Made by a program: the position numbers and the translations under genes. Positions 11,061 through 21,100 of a stretch of DNA of 64,000 nt are shown in pieces (within the stretch, counting starts at the first letter, position 1; each line of letters begins with the position of its first letter). Location of the stretch: assembly GCA_963761725.1 (NCBI GenBank), contig CAVXHP010000006.1:253534-317533 (forward strand), written 5' to 3'. The stretch is from an uncultured Cytophagales bacterium. GTDB taxonomy: Bacteria > Bacteroidota > Bacteroidia > Cytophagales > Bernardetiaceae. The notes below the pieces were generated by a model. That model was not told where the DNA came from. It searched no databases and saw only the letters and a program-made list of their open reading frames with translations.

Positions 11061-11216
11061 CTACGCTTTTTTGTTTTTCTCAAATTCTGCTTTAATTGCC
11101 TCAACATCTACGTTAAGCATTGGAGGAACAAAGTTATTGTGTTTGAGCATCTTTTCACGTGCAACAGATGCACGACGACGACGCTTCAATTTGCGTTCTA
11201 ATCTAGTAACTGACAT
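11061..11216 (-). CDS. Small basic protein (51 aa, MSVTRLERKLKRRRRASVAREKMLKHNNFVPP...)
   Basis: Short ORF found by hand on the minus strand. It is below the size cut-off of the ORF track. Its arginine-rich N-terminus is typical of small conserved Bacteroidota proteins. Function unknown. Confidence 0.3.
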   Translation of the reverse strand: MSVTRLERKLKRRRRASVAREKMLKHNNFVPPMLNVDVEAIKAEFEKNKKA

Positions 11217-11345
11217 AATTTTAATGGTTTAGTGTTTTCGAAAACTAAGATGCAAAGATAGGCAAAATTATTATCAAAAAAAGCTAGAATATATTTTTTT
11301 CTGTTTTATCTACTAGAAATCTTATTAAAGAGTAGTAGGATTCTA

Positions 11346-12158
11346 TTAATATCTATCTATTTTACTCAGTTTCAGAATTCGTATTGCTCCTTGTACAACG
11401 AGAATAAAGACGATAGTTCCTATAATTAAGTCTGGTAAACCTGAATTCAACCAGTTTACTAAAATTCCTGCTACTAGTACTCCTAGATTGATGATTATAT
11501 CATTAGAAGTAAAAATCAAACTTGCCTTCATATGTACTTCTTCTTTACTTTTTGATTTTTGCATCAAATAAAGACAAGCTCCATTTGCAAGTAGAGCAAG
11601 AAAAGATACAATAATCATAGTTTGAAAATCAGGTAATTGCTCGTTTCCAAAAAATCGTCTCAAAATTTCTACAAAACCAATACACGCCAAAATAACTTGA
11701 GAATAACCTGCCAGTTTGGCTACTCTTTGTTTTTGAATAAGTGGTTTTCCTACTGCAAAAAGACTAATTCCATATACAAAAGCATCTGCCAACATATCCA
11801 AACTATCGGCTACTAACCCCATAGATTTCGAAATTAGTCCTGTACTTATTTCTACAACAAAGAAAACAAAATTGATAAGTAAGACCGTCCAAAGTAATTT
11901 CCTTTGATTTTTAGTTTCTACAAAAGTTTCTTTTTCCGATTTCTCTGTCTTGATTTTTTTTGTTCCCAAATTCAACTCTAGGAGAAATTTTTCTATTTGT
12001 TCTTCACTATTTTCTTCCTCGTAAAAAACAATCAGTTCCCGATTTGGAATATCAAAATCAAGATTTTTGATAGTCAAAATGCTGTCTAGTTTCATTCTTA
12101 TTAGATTTTCCTCTGAAGGACAATCCATTTTTGAGATTTTGAAAAGCGTTTTTTGCAT
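11346..12158 (-). CDS. Cation diffusion facilitator (CDF) family transporter with N-terminal HMA-like domain
   Basis: The TM core LLINFVFFVVEISTGLISKSMGLVADSLDMLADA is CDF-like. It is preceded by an ~80-aa ferredoxin-like domain (KISKMDCPSEE...). Confidence 0.55.
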   Translation of the reverse strand: MQKTLFKISKMDCPSEENLIRMKLDSILTIKNLDFDIPNRELIVFYEEENSEEQIEKFLLELNLGTKKIKTEKSEKETFVETKNQRKLLWTVLLINFVFFVVEISTGLISKSMGLVADSLDMLADAFVYGISLFAVGKPLIQKQRVAKLAGYSQVILACIGFVEILRRFFGNEQLPDFQTMIIVSFLALLANGACLYLMQKSKSKEEVHMKASLIFTSNDIIINLGVLVAGILVNWLNSGLPDLIIGTIVFILVVQGAIRILKLSKIDRY

Positions 12159-12177
12159 AACTTCTTTACTTTAAAAT

Positions 12178-12414
12178 TTATTTAAAAACAGGAATTGCAG
12201 GGTCTTTCGAATTCGGATTATTCATTGCCGTATCAATTTCTAAAATTTCCTTATTAGATTGTTTTAGTAATTTAGTTTTTTCGTATTGCAGACTATCTTC
12301 CAAAAAAGCATCGTTTATTTTTTCCTCTTTACTCATTCCACAGGATATAAAAAGTAGAGAAGAGACAGTAAATAGTATCAAGACAAGGATTTTTGTAGTG
12401 TATTTTTGTAGCAT
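12178..12414 (-). CDS. Small lipoprotein
   Basis: Lipobox LLFISCG within a signal peptide. 78 aa. Confidence 0.35.
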   Translation of the reverse strand: MLQKYTTKILVLILFTVSSLLFISCGMSKEEKINDAFLEDSLQYEKTKLLKQSNKEILEIDTAMNNPNSKDPAIPVFK

Positions 12415-12420
12415 AATTAA

Positions 12421-12455
12421 AGTTGATTATTTCTAATTCGTAATTTCTAATTCGT
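12421..12455. repeat. AATTACGAATT-family repeat unit (ttctaattcgtaatttctaattcgtaatt)
   Basis: Member of the CGTAATT/AATTACG repeat family seen at seven or more sites in the window. Confidence 0.5.
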
Positions 12456-12556
12456 AATTAACAAAAGTATAGTATATTTAGCTTATTTTTGTTAGATTTT
12501 ATTATTTCGCATTATCCTTTTTTTGAAAGCATACTACATCAGAACTACAATTAATT

Positions 12557-14402
12557 TTGCTCAATTTTTTCGAAACTTCTTCTAACAACCTTCATAGTTC
12601 CTATACTCGTTATTCTAAAAAAATAAACGGAATTATTATTCGTTTCTTGATTTGGAAGGGTGAATATTTATCTGATAAAAACTTCCTACTCGTTGTCAGT
12701 ATTTTTATAGGCATTTTGGCAGGTATGGCTGCTATGTTTTTGCGTACAACGGTGCTTTGGGTAGAGCATAGTTTGGCTTCTTCAAGTCAATTTTCGGAAG
12801 ATTACAATTATGGTTTACTCTTTTATCCTACTATTGGACTACTTATTACGGCTTTTTTGTCTAATGTAATTTTCAAAACTGATTTTGGACATGGTTTTAC
12901 AGATATTCTCTATTCTATTTCCAAAAAAGATGGAAAAATAGATTTTAGTAATATTTATTCTCGTATGCTAGGTGCTATTTTTACAGTTGGTTTTGGTGGC
13001 TCGGCTGGTTTGGAAGCTCCGATTGTTATGTCGGGTGGTGCTATCGGTTCGAACGTTTCGAACGGCAATGCTTTTTGCTAAGAAAAAACGTATTTTACTC
13101 ATTGCTTGTGGTGTTGCTGGTACGATTGCAGCTATTTTTGATGCACCGATTGGAGGAGTTATTTTTGCTGCCGAAGTGATTTTATTTGATGTCAGTATTG
13201 CCAATATTGTCCCTATTTTACTGGCTTCTGTTGCTGCCAAACTTACAGCTTTAGTTTTGGGTGGCGATGATGCTCTTTTTACCTTTCGCTTAAAAGATGC
13301 TTTTCAAACCATCGATGTTCCTTACTGCATTGCTTTGGGAATTTTGTGTGGGTTTCTCTCACTTTATTTTATGATTGTCGTTAAGAAGACAAATAAATTA
13401 GCGAAAAAAATACCTAACCCTTATCTAAAAGCACTTATTGGAGGACTATTTTTGTCTGCTCTGATTGTCGTTTTTCCACCTGTTTATGGAGAGGGAACAA
13501 TGCTTTTGAAATCTCTTTTGAGCGGTAGTGAAATTGTAATTTTTGCAAACAGTATTGTTTTTAAAGAATTGCCTCCTCAGGCTTTATTTTTAATTTATGT
13601 TTTGGTAATGCTTTTGTTCAAATGTATTGCTTCGGCTATCACAATTGCAGCAGGTGGAAGTGGTGGTACTTTTGCACCTTCCTTGTTTTTGGGTGGAGTT
13701 TTGGGTTTTACCTTTGCTAGAATTGTCAATATTACGGGTTGGGAGAGCTTGTCAGAAAGTAATTTTATACTTTTTGGAATGTGTGCAGCTATCTGTGGCG
13801 TCCAGTATGCACCCTTAGCAGCTATATTTTTAATTGCCGAACTTACGGGTGGTTACGAATTATTTGTTCCTCTAATGCTTACTTCGGCAGTTACCTATAT
13901 TACTGTTACTTATTTCGAACCTCATTCGCCTTACATTCGTGAACTTGTAGAGCAAGGAGATATTATAAAAGGAGACCAAGATAAAAAAGTACTTAGTAAA
14001 ATTAAGATTAACAAATTAATAGAAAAAGACTTCAAATCTGTTCCAGAAAAAGGAACGCTTCAAAACCTTGTGGATACCATAAAATTGAGTCATCGCAATT
14101 TATTTCCTGTCTTGAACGAAGAAAAAGAGTTTGTAGGAATGATTCAATTAAATGATGTTAGAAATCTAATATTTGAACCCACAAAATACAAAACTATTGT
14201 TTTGCGTGATTTGATGCAACGTCCTTCCGAAATTATAGAATATGGAGAAGCAATGGACACTGTTATGAAAAAATTTGAAAGTAGTCAGGCGTGGAATTTA
14301 CCTGTTATCAAAAAAGGAAAGTACTTGGGTTTTGTGTCAAAATCTTCTATTTTAAATAAATATAGAGAGGGAATGCAAGAAGAAAATGAAGAGATTTGGT
14401 AA
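12557..14402 (+). pseudogene. ClC-family chloride channel with C-terminal CBS domains, split by a +1 frameshift near 13072-13076
   Basis: ClC motifs are present: GGSAGLEAP (GxEGP-like), GGTFAPSLFLGG (GxFxP) and the C-terminal CBS-like region. Track ORFs 12557..13081 and 12972..14402 are +1 apart. Removing one T from the T5 run at 13072-13076 gives ...GSNVSNGNAFAKKKRILLIACG... Confidence 0.65.
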
Positions 14403-14649
14403 AAGGAGATTTTGAATAAAATAGACTATATTTAGAGATATAATAAAGCAAAATTAATCCTATCTATCCTCTATTTTAAATTGGTCTGTACCGAAGAGCT
14501 GACCAGTTTAAAATGTGTATTTAAAGCTCAAAAAGGCTTATTTTGTTCAAGTCAGACCTTCGTTACAGACTTTAAAAAAATTAAGATATACTATAAACTA
14601 CTCATTACAAGTTACTTATACTCCACTACTTACTTTTCTATTTTACAAT

Positions 14650-15816
14650 ATGCACCTACAAAATGATTCTCTAAACGATAAAGAAAATTATACAAAGACA
14701 AAAAAAGAGCTTTTAATATGTAAAAATTGTGGTTTTGAGCCTGTTGATAAATTCTGTTCTAATTGTGGACAGCGTACTCAAAGTCGTTTTGATTTAAAGT
14801 ATATTGTACAAGAACTCTTTGCTGTATTCGAATTGGAAAAAGGATTTTTGAAAAATATAGTCGAACTTACCTTTCGTCCTGCCAAAATGATTGAAGAATA
14901 TATAAATGGAAAAACGAAAGATTTCTACTCTCCTTTTAGCTATTTCTTCGTTAGTATGACTATTTTTTTGTTTATTTCCTTCAACTTTCCTATTTCTTCC
15001 ACCTTTAGTATCGGAGAAGAGAACGATGATAACTCGGAGGAGATTATGGTTTTTAATGTAAAAGAAGAAGAGAACAATTTGAAGGAAAAATATGCTCAAA
15101 AAATAAAATCTATTTCTACACAAATAGGAATTGCAGATAGTTTGAGATGGAAAGAATATTTGATTCAAAACGAATTGAACGATAAAATGCTTACTTTACA
15201 GAAGTTTAGGGAAGCAGAAATTATATTAGAAAAAGATAGCCTTTTCGTAATAGACGAAAGCAAAAATAGAGATGAAACTGAAAATCAAAATGCTTCTATT
15301 TACAGTTCCTTTTATACAACTGTTTCACACCAGTTAATTAATTTACAAAATCAAAGAGAAAAGGAAGTAAAAGATTTAGAAAAAAAATCACTTTCTGCAC
15401 AAATTGCTACTTATACAATTTTTTATCTTACTCCTTTGTATTTAGCATTTATAGTTTCATTGTTTTACTCTAAAAAGAAACTTTATTTTACCGAACATCT
15501 CATCACTCAAACTTTTATTGTAACTCAACTTGTTGTGCTGATTACTTGTCTGGTGGGAGTATTTCGCATTTTATATTGGATAAGTTATTTTTTCGATAAA
15601 GATTCTACTTTTCTACAAGATATAAATATTATTTTGGCCGCTTTACTTTGGTTTTCTGGATTTCTTGGTATAATTGGCTATTACTTTTTTGTTATGCGTC
15701 GTCTATACAAACAATCTTGGTGGCTTACTTTACTCAAATGTACGGGAATAAGTATAATTTTGTACTTTATAGCTTTTATGTTTTTTGTTATCGTTAATTT
15801 AATTTTTGTAGGGTAA
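14650..15816 (+). CDS. Zinc-ribbon membrane protein (DUF3667-like)
   Basis: An N-terminal CxxC...CxxC ribbon (CKNCGFEPVDKFCSNCG) is followed by a multi-TM region. ATG at 14650 is preferred over the track start at 14515. Confidence 0.4.
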   Translation: MHLQNDSLNDKENYTKTKKELLICKNCGFEPVDKFCSNCGQRTQSRFDLKYIVQELFAVFELEKGFLKNIVELTFRPAKMIEEYINGKTKDFYSPFSYFFVSMTIFLFISFNFPISSTFSIGEENDDNSEEIMVFNVKEEENNLKEKYAQKIKSISTQIGIADSLRWKEYLIQNELNDKMLTLQKFREAEIILEKDSLFVIDESKNRDETENQNASIYSSFYTTVSHQLINLQNQREKEVKDLEKKSLSAQIATYTIFYLTPLYLAFIVSLFYSKKKLYFTEHLITQTFIVTQLVVLITCLVGVFRILYWISYFFDKDSTFLQDINIILAALLWFSGFLGIIGYYFFVMRRLYKQSWWLTLLKCTGISIILYFIAFMFFVIVNLIFVG

Positions 15817-15831
15817 TTTTAGCTTATCCTT

Positions 15832-16608
15832 TTATTTCACCAAAACCTCATCAAAACTACTTTTTAAAGTATTGAGGTTATAATGTTTCATCGTTAGTTT
15901 ATTCTTTATAGAATTAAGACCAAAATGAGAAATAATTTGTGTCAAGCTAACTGTTCCTCCGTGTGGGTCTTCCATCAAAATTTGTTCTCTAGGAATAGCA
16001 TTTTGTTTTTCTCCTCCTTTTACATGAAAATGCCACAATATTTGAGAAATAATATCTAATTTCTGTCCTTTTTTAAAGTAAAAATCTATCCACTGCTCAA
16101 ACCATTCTTCTCTTTTTTCGGCTATTTCAGAAGTATAAAGTGTCGCTGAAGACCAAATATAAGCAAATTTTGTATCTATGATTTTCTTATATAATTTATT
16201 TTCTTCTTCCACCCATCTATATTCAGTAAGTGAAAAAATACTCCTTTTCTCATGTTTTTCTATCCAAATAAGTGTAAAGGATTCTATTTTATCAAAATTA
16301 TAGCTCTCAATTTCGCTTTGAGAAGTTGCTGCTAATAAATCCATCAAAATAATTCCTCTACTTTTTCTGTAAGGCGTATTTCTATTGTGTCTTTGAAAAG
16401 CACCATTCAAAAGGCAAAGTGTACGCCCTTTATCTGTAATTCCAATCCAAGAACCACCCGCATCACCATCAATAGGACGAAGAATTTTAGTTTTATTTAA
16501 TTCTGTAAAAGAAGGTAATTCAGAATTTTTACGAGTTTTTTGTTCATCTCTGCTTGAAGTGAGAATAAAATCGTTGTTTTCTAAAGGAACAAAAGTAAGC
16601 GTACACAT
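15832..16608 (-). CDS. NRDE/TANGO2-family protein
   Basis: It starts MCTLTF with Cys2 (Ntn-like) and has an SSRDE motif in place of NRDE. Confidence 0.5.
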   Translation of the reverse strand: MCTLTFVPLENNDFILTSSRDEQKTRKNSELPSFTELNKTKILRPIDGDAGGSWIGITDKGRTLCLLNGAFQRHNRNTPYRKSRGIILMDLLAATSQSEIESYNFDKIESFTLIWIEKHEKRSIFSLTEYRWVEEENKLYKKIIDTKFAYIWSSATLYTSEIAEKREEWFEQWIDFYFKKGQKLDIISQILWHFHVKGGEKQNAIPREQILMEDPHGGTVSLTQIISHFGLNSIKNKLTMKHYNLNTLKSSFDEVLVK

Positions 16609-16810
16609 ATAATAATTACGAATTAAAAATTACGAATTACGAATATAATGATAAATGAGTGAACAAAAGTATCTACAAAAAACGGCATTTCAAAAATGTA
16701 TCTTTATCCTCTGTAAACTATGTGTTAGAAAAATAAATGATTAATGAACATAAATTTTATAACTTAGAATATTGTAATCGTAATTTTTAATTCGTAATTC
16801 GTAATTGTTT
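16609..16810. repeat. MITE-like element: ~32-bp terminal inverted repeats (AATTACGAATTAAAAATTACGAAT ... TCGTAATTTTTAATTCGTAATTCGTAATT) flanking ~135 bp
   Basis: The two ends are reverse complements of each other. The element lies between two minus-strand genes. Confidence 0.55.
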
Positions 16811-17272
16811 CTAATTTTCATTCTCAAAAAACTTCCTATAAACAGGACTTCTGTACGCAAATTGTGCCCACATTCCAGGATAAATAATAGCGTCTAATAC
16901 TTTTGAGGACGTGTAATAATCTATATCATCGATAATAATACAATTATTTTCATCTACTTTTTTGATTCTATGCTGATGTTTCCATGTTTTGAGGGGAAAA
17001 GGCAAATCTTCGGCTGTATCTACAAAATAAATTTCGCTGTCTGTTTCGGCTTGTTCTACTATATAGGAAGTCCATTTTGAGCTATAAATCCCAAAATCTA
17101 ATTCTAAATGTACCTCATCACCTACTTTACAGCCATCAAAACGGTTGAGTTTGAGTTTTGGAAAAGGAGGACTGAGTTTTAAAAATAATTTTTCTGTAAA
17201 ACCATTCCATACTTCTTCAGCAGAACGGTTGATTGGAGTTTCAACGGTTAATTTCATAGCCAACAAAAGCAA
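16811..17272 (-). CDS. SRPBCC (Bet v1/polyketide-cyclase-like) family protein
   Basis: ~150-aa protein with a START/Bet v1-like pattern. The likely start is MKLTVETPINRSAEEVW. Confidence 0.4.
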   Translation of the reverse strand: MLLLAMKLTVETPINRSAEEVWNGFTEKLFLKLSPPFPKLKLNRFDGCKVGDEVHLELDFGIYSSKWTSYIVEQAETDSEIYFVDTAEDLPFPLKTWKHQHRIKKVDENNCIIIDDIDYYTSSKVLDAIIYPGMWAQFAYRSPVYRKFFENEN

Positions 17273-17431
17273 ATACTAAAGGAAAATGTTTTGTTATCTT
17301 TGTTCTGAATTACTGTATATTATGATTGTTAAGGATTGACAGGATTTATAGGATTTGAAAATACAGATTAATACAAATGAATTTTTGTATTAATTAATCA
17401 CTAAACGCTTATAACTAATCACTAAAAAAAA

Positions 17432-18538
17432 ATGCTTTTCTCTGATATTTTAGGTTTAGACGACCTCAAAAAAACGCTTACTTCTGCCGTTCATAATAAC
17501 CATGTGGCACATGCACAACTTTTTTTGGGTTATGAAGGAAGTGCAGGACTTTCGCTTGCGTGGGCGTATGCGACTTTCTTGAATTGTGAAAACAAACAAG
17601 AAAACGATGCGTGTGGAAAGTGTAGTTCCTGTATTCGTTACAAAAAACTAATTCATCCAGATTTACATTTTGTCTTTCCGACAGCAAAAGCGAAAGCCTA
17701 TAAAGAGCGTGAGGAGTTTATGAAAGGCTGGAGAGAATTTTTACCAAAACATACTTATCCAGTTTTACAAGATTGGTCAGATTTTTTGGAAACCGATGGA
17801 AAACAGTTTAGTATTTCGGTATCTGAAAGTCGTTATATTTCCAAAATTTTATCTCTAAAAGCGTATGAAGGAGGTTATAAAATTATGATTTTGTGGTTGC
17901 CCGAATATATGAATGCCAGCGCAGCAAACGCACTTTTGAAGGGGTTGGAAGAGCCTCCAAACAAAACTATTTTTCTTTTGGTAACAGAAAAAACAGACAG
18001 AATGCTCGCTACTATTCTTTCTCGTTGTCAGCTTATCCAAATTCCTCGTTATTCGGATAAAGAAGTGAAAGAATATTTGACAAGTCAGAATATAAAAGAA
18101 GAAGAAGCCATAGAAATTGCTCCTTTAGTAGATGGAAATCTAAATGAAGCGATGAAACTTAGTCAGCATACACAAAATAAAAATCAAGAATGGTTTAGGG
18201 ATTGGATGCGTCTTTGTTTCAAACACGATTATGCAGGTTTTGTAGCTCAAGCCGATTTGTTTCATAGCTTAGGAAAAGAAGGACAAAAAACACTTCTGAT
18301 GTATGCCTTAACTATTTTGAGAGAATCCTTAATTTCTAATTTTGGAACAGAAGAGCTTATCCGTACAGAATCTGAAACATTAAAATTTGTACAAAATTTT
18401 GCTAAAGTAATAGATGAGAGGAATATTTTTTCATTAGTAGAAAAGATTGATGAAGCTTACTTTCACTTAGAAAGAAATGCAAATTCTAAAATTATCTTTA
18501 TGGATTTGTCGGTGCAGATTGCTAGGCTTTTGAGATAA
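17432..18538 (+). CDS. holB: DNA polymerase III delta-prime subunit
   Basis: HAQLFLGYEGSAGLSLAWAYATFLNCEN...CGKCSSCIRYKKLIHPDLHFVFP is a clamp-loader delta-prime signature. Confidence 0.7.
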   Translation: MLFSDILGLDDLKKTLTSAVHNNHVAHAQLFLGYEGSAGLSLAWAYATFLNCENKQENDACGKCSSCIRYKKLIHPDLHFVFPTAKAKAYKEREEFMKGWREFLPKHTYPVLQDWSDFLETDGKQFSISVSESRYISKILSLKAYEGGYKIMILWLPEYMNASAANALLKGLEEPPNKTIFLLVTEKTDRMLATILSRCQLIQIPRYSDKEVKEYLTSQNIKEEEAIEIAPLVDGNLNEAMKLSQHTQNKNQEWFRDWMRLCFKHDYAGFVAQADLFHSLGKEGQKTLLMYALTILRESLISNFGTEELIRTESETLKFVQNFAKVIDERNIFSLVEKIDEAYFHLERNANSKIIFMDLSVQIARLLR

Positions 18539-18551
18539 ACAAACTATATTC

Positions 18552-18875
18552 TCAATCCACAAAAGTTTCCTTTATTATTTCCTTTACTTTTTTTATTGTT
18601 TTGGGTTCTAATGTTCCTATATTTTTTGTTATTCTAGTTTTATCTATGGTTCTTATTTGGTCAATTACAATGGAGTTTTTCTTGCCTTCTAAATCAAAAG
18701 AAATACGAGTAGGGTAATTTTTGTTTTGCGAAGTAATAGGACAAATAACGATAGTTTTCAAATTGGTATTTATCTCATTTGGAGAAATAATAACACAAGG
18801 ACGAGTTTTTTTGATTTCACTTCCTACTGTCGGATTAAGATTGACAATTACTATTTCGTATTGATTGTAATTCAT
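18552..18875 (-). CDS. mazF: MazF/PemK-family toxin
   Basis: VIVNLNPTVGSEIKKTRPCVIISP...ICPITS...IDQIRTIDKTRI is PemK-like. Confidence 0.7.
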   Translation of the reverse strand: MNYNQYEIVIVNLNPTVGSEIKKTRPCVIISPNEINTNLKTIVICPITSQNKNYPTRISFDLEGKKNSIVIDQIRTIDKTRITKNIGTLEPKTIKKVKEIIKETFVD

Positions 18876-18927
18876 TTTTTGAGTTGTGTTTTATTGTTCG
18901 ATAATCGAAAATGACTTAATTTAAAGT

Positions 18928-19173
18928 TTAATCTAACTCCTCAAAATTTTCATCTTCAAAAATATCATCTATCAATAATTCATCATCTCCATTTTTGTGC
19001 ATTGCTTGAAAAGCCTTTTCCCAACCCTGACGAGGTTTTGTAATAGGCTTCATAATTATACAATCCTCTTCCAAAATAAGCTCTATTTTATCTGTAATCT
19101 GATATTTTTCCAAAAGCATTTTGTTCAAACGAATGCCTTTTGAGTTTCCAATCTGAACTACTGAAATTTGCAT
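18928..19173 (-). CDS. mazE: MazE/AbrB-type antitoxin
   Basis: 81 aa with a SpoVT/AbrB-like N-terminus and an acidic tail. It lies immediately upstream of mazF. Confidence 0.6.
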   Translation of the reverse strand: MQISVVQIGNSKGIRLNKMLLEKYQITDKIELILEEDCIIMKPITKPRQGWEKAFQAMHKNGDDELLIDDIFEDENFEELD

Positions 19174-19404
19174 AATAATTTTATTTTTAGGTAAATCTGT
19201 AATTACAACGTGATTACTTATAATTTTGTTATTCGTTCTACTATTAATAAATCTCTAATTCTTTTTTTATACAGATTTAGAATCTAAAGCAACCTTTCCA
19301 AATCATTCTGCATCTACCTAAACAAGAAACAAAAACAACTTAATCTAGCGTATTTTTAAAGAAATGCAGAAATACGTACTCAACCTTTTTTATGAAATAA
19401 TTTT

Positions 19405-20019
19405 ATGTTCGGATTTCTTCGCAATAAAGAACGCTCTACTCAAGATTTATCAGAAAACGAACTGATAGAAGCCTGTAAAAATGGTAGCAGTAAAGCACAA
19501 AAACAACTTTATGAACAGCATTCTGGCAAAATGTTCGGTGTCGCTCTGCGTTATGTGGGCAATCATCATGAAGCCGAAGACGTGCTAGTTACTGCTTTTA
19601 TGAAAGTGTTTGAGCATTTAGATTCTTTCAAAGGCGAAGGAAGTTTTGAAGGTTGGATTCGTAGAATTGTCAGTAATGAAGCTCTAGGTCTTATCCGAAA
19701 ACGCAAAAAAGTGTTTATGGAAGAAATAGAAAACGCAGATTATAAAGGAAAAAACAATCCTGCTAGTACGGCTTTAGAAACAAATGATTTGCTTTCTCTA
19801 GTCAAACAATTACCTGACGGATACAGAACTGTTTTTAATATGTATGCCATTGAAGGTTTTTCGCATAAAGAAATTGGCGAACAATTAGGGATTTCTGAAA
19901 ATACCTCAAAATCTCAACTCAGTAGAGCAAGAGCATTGCTCAAAAAGTGGTTAGAACAAATAGATAACAATACAGACGATACATTGAATAGTCAATCTGT
20001 TACTAGTTTTGTTTTATAA
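19405..20019 (+). CDS. ECF-type RNA polymerase sigma-70 factor
   Basis: Region 2 (FGVALRYVGNHHEAEDVLVTAFMKVFEHLDSF) and region 4 (YRTVFNMYAIEGFSHKEIGEQLGISENTSKSQLSRARALL) are present. Confidence 0.8.
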   Translation: MFGFLRNKERSTQDLSENELIEACKNGSSKAQKQLYEQHSGKMFGVALRYVGNHHEAEDVLVTAFMKVFEHLDSFKGEGSFEGWIRRIVSNEALGLIRKRKKVFMEEIENADYKGKNNPASTALETNDLLSLVKQLPDGYRTVFNMYAIEGFSHKEIGEQLGISENTSKSQLSRARALLKKWLEQIDNNTDDTLNSQSVTSFVL

Positions 20020-20113
20020 ATCGTAGCAGTTTGATTTATAAAAAATACAACAATAAAAAATTTGTCTTTTACATAAGGATTCTAGAAAAATCTTTTTAAA
20101 AATATACGTCATA

Positions 20114-21100
20114 ATGGACAATCAAAAAAATAAATTTTCTACAAATAATTCCGATTCTGATTTAGACCTTCTTTTCAAAGAAACCTTACAGAACCATTCA
20201 GTTCCTACTGAAGACTACGTTTGGAGAAGAATTCAGCATGGATTAGCAGATAGAAAAGGAGCAGAAATTTCTCCCATTACAAAATCAATTATAAAGCGTT
20301 CGTACCTTCCTATTTGGTCGGCTGTAACTGGAATTGCTGCATCACTTTTGATTTGGGCTATCTTTTTCACGCCTTCAACCTCAAATAATGTAGAATTAAA
20401 TTCCACTACAATTGCAAATTCTTCTCAAATAGAAACTGCAAAGGATTTGAACACTTCTTCAATTACTTCTAAAGAAATAGCTTCTCTTAGTTCTGATAAA
20501 GAAATAGTAAATAATAATTTAAAAATCAAAGAAAATCAGAACACAGAGGCAACCTCTTCAAATTTAATTGCATCTAAGAAGCAACAAAAAAAACCAACAA
20601 TTAATAAAATAAATACTCCTTCAAAAAATAAAATCAATCCTAATACTAGTATTGATGAAGTAGTAGCCAGTCTTGAAAAAGACCAAACCAAAAACAGAAA
20701 TCGCAATTCACAGGATAAAATAAATAGTAAAACATTTACTAATCCAAGCACACATATTTCTCAAAATGTTTGGGCAAGTGATTTTGTAGTTCAGAGTTCA
20801 AATTCTTCTTCTTTGAAAAAAAGTAACACAGATACACATCAATTAAATCTTGATAATCAGACTGTTGCTATTACAATCAAGGTAGGAAAAAATGATAATC
20901 TGAATAGTACAAGTCAAGCAACAGGTTTTGATACAATTCAGAATCCTTCACAGTTTGATAAAGCAAAAAATGTCTTGAAAGAAGTTTGGAATCTAAAAAC
21001 TGGTAAAAAAGTTAATTTACAAAATATACTTCCGAATAATGAAAATGAAAAATCAACCACTAATCAATCTAGTTCGAATAATGAAATTCAAGCAGATTAA
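20114..21100 (+). CDS. Putative anti-sigma factor (single TM helix, S/T/N-rich periplasmic tail)
   Basis: Its position directly after the ECF sigma gene. It has a cytoplasmic N-terminus, one TM helix (YLPIWSAVTGIAASLLIWAIFF) and a low-complexity C-terminus. Confidence 0.4.
   Translation: MDNQKNKFSTNNSDSDLDLLFKETLQNHSVPTEDYVWRRIQHGLADRKGAEISPITKSIIKRSYLPIWSAVTGIAASLLIWAIFFTPSTSNNVELNSTTIANSSQIETAKDLNTSSITSKEIASLSSDKEIVNNNLKIKENQNTEATSSNLIASKKQQKKPTINKINTPSKNKINPNTSIDEVVASLEKDQTKNRNRNSQDKINSKTFTNPSTHISQNVWASDFVVQSSNSSSLKKSNTDTHQLNLDNQTVAITIKVGKNDNLNSTSQATGFDTIQNPSQFDKAKNVLKEVWNLKTGKKVNLQNILPNNENEKSTTNQSSSNNEIQAD

Noticed and set aside
12972-13081. Imperfect 9-bp tandem repeat (GTTCGAACG TTTCGAACG) as the cause of the ClC frameshift
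   Set aside because: The repeat is in-frame (9 bp). The frame is restored by removing one T from the adjacent T5 run instead.
14794-15168. Minus-strand ORF 14794..15168 and small plus ORF 14481..14666
   Set aside because: They lie antisense to, or upstream within, the better-supported zinc-ribbon membrane protein gene. Their AT-rich, low-complexity translations have no support.
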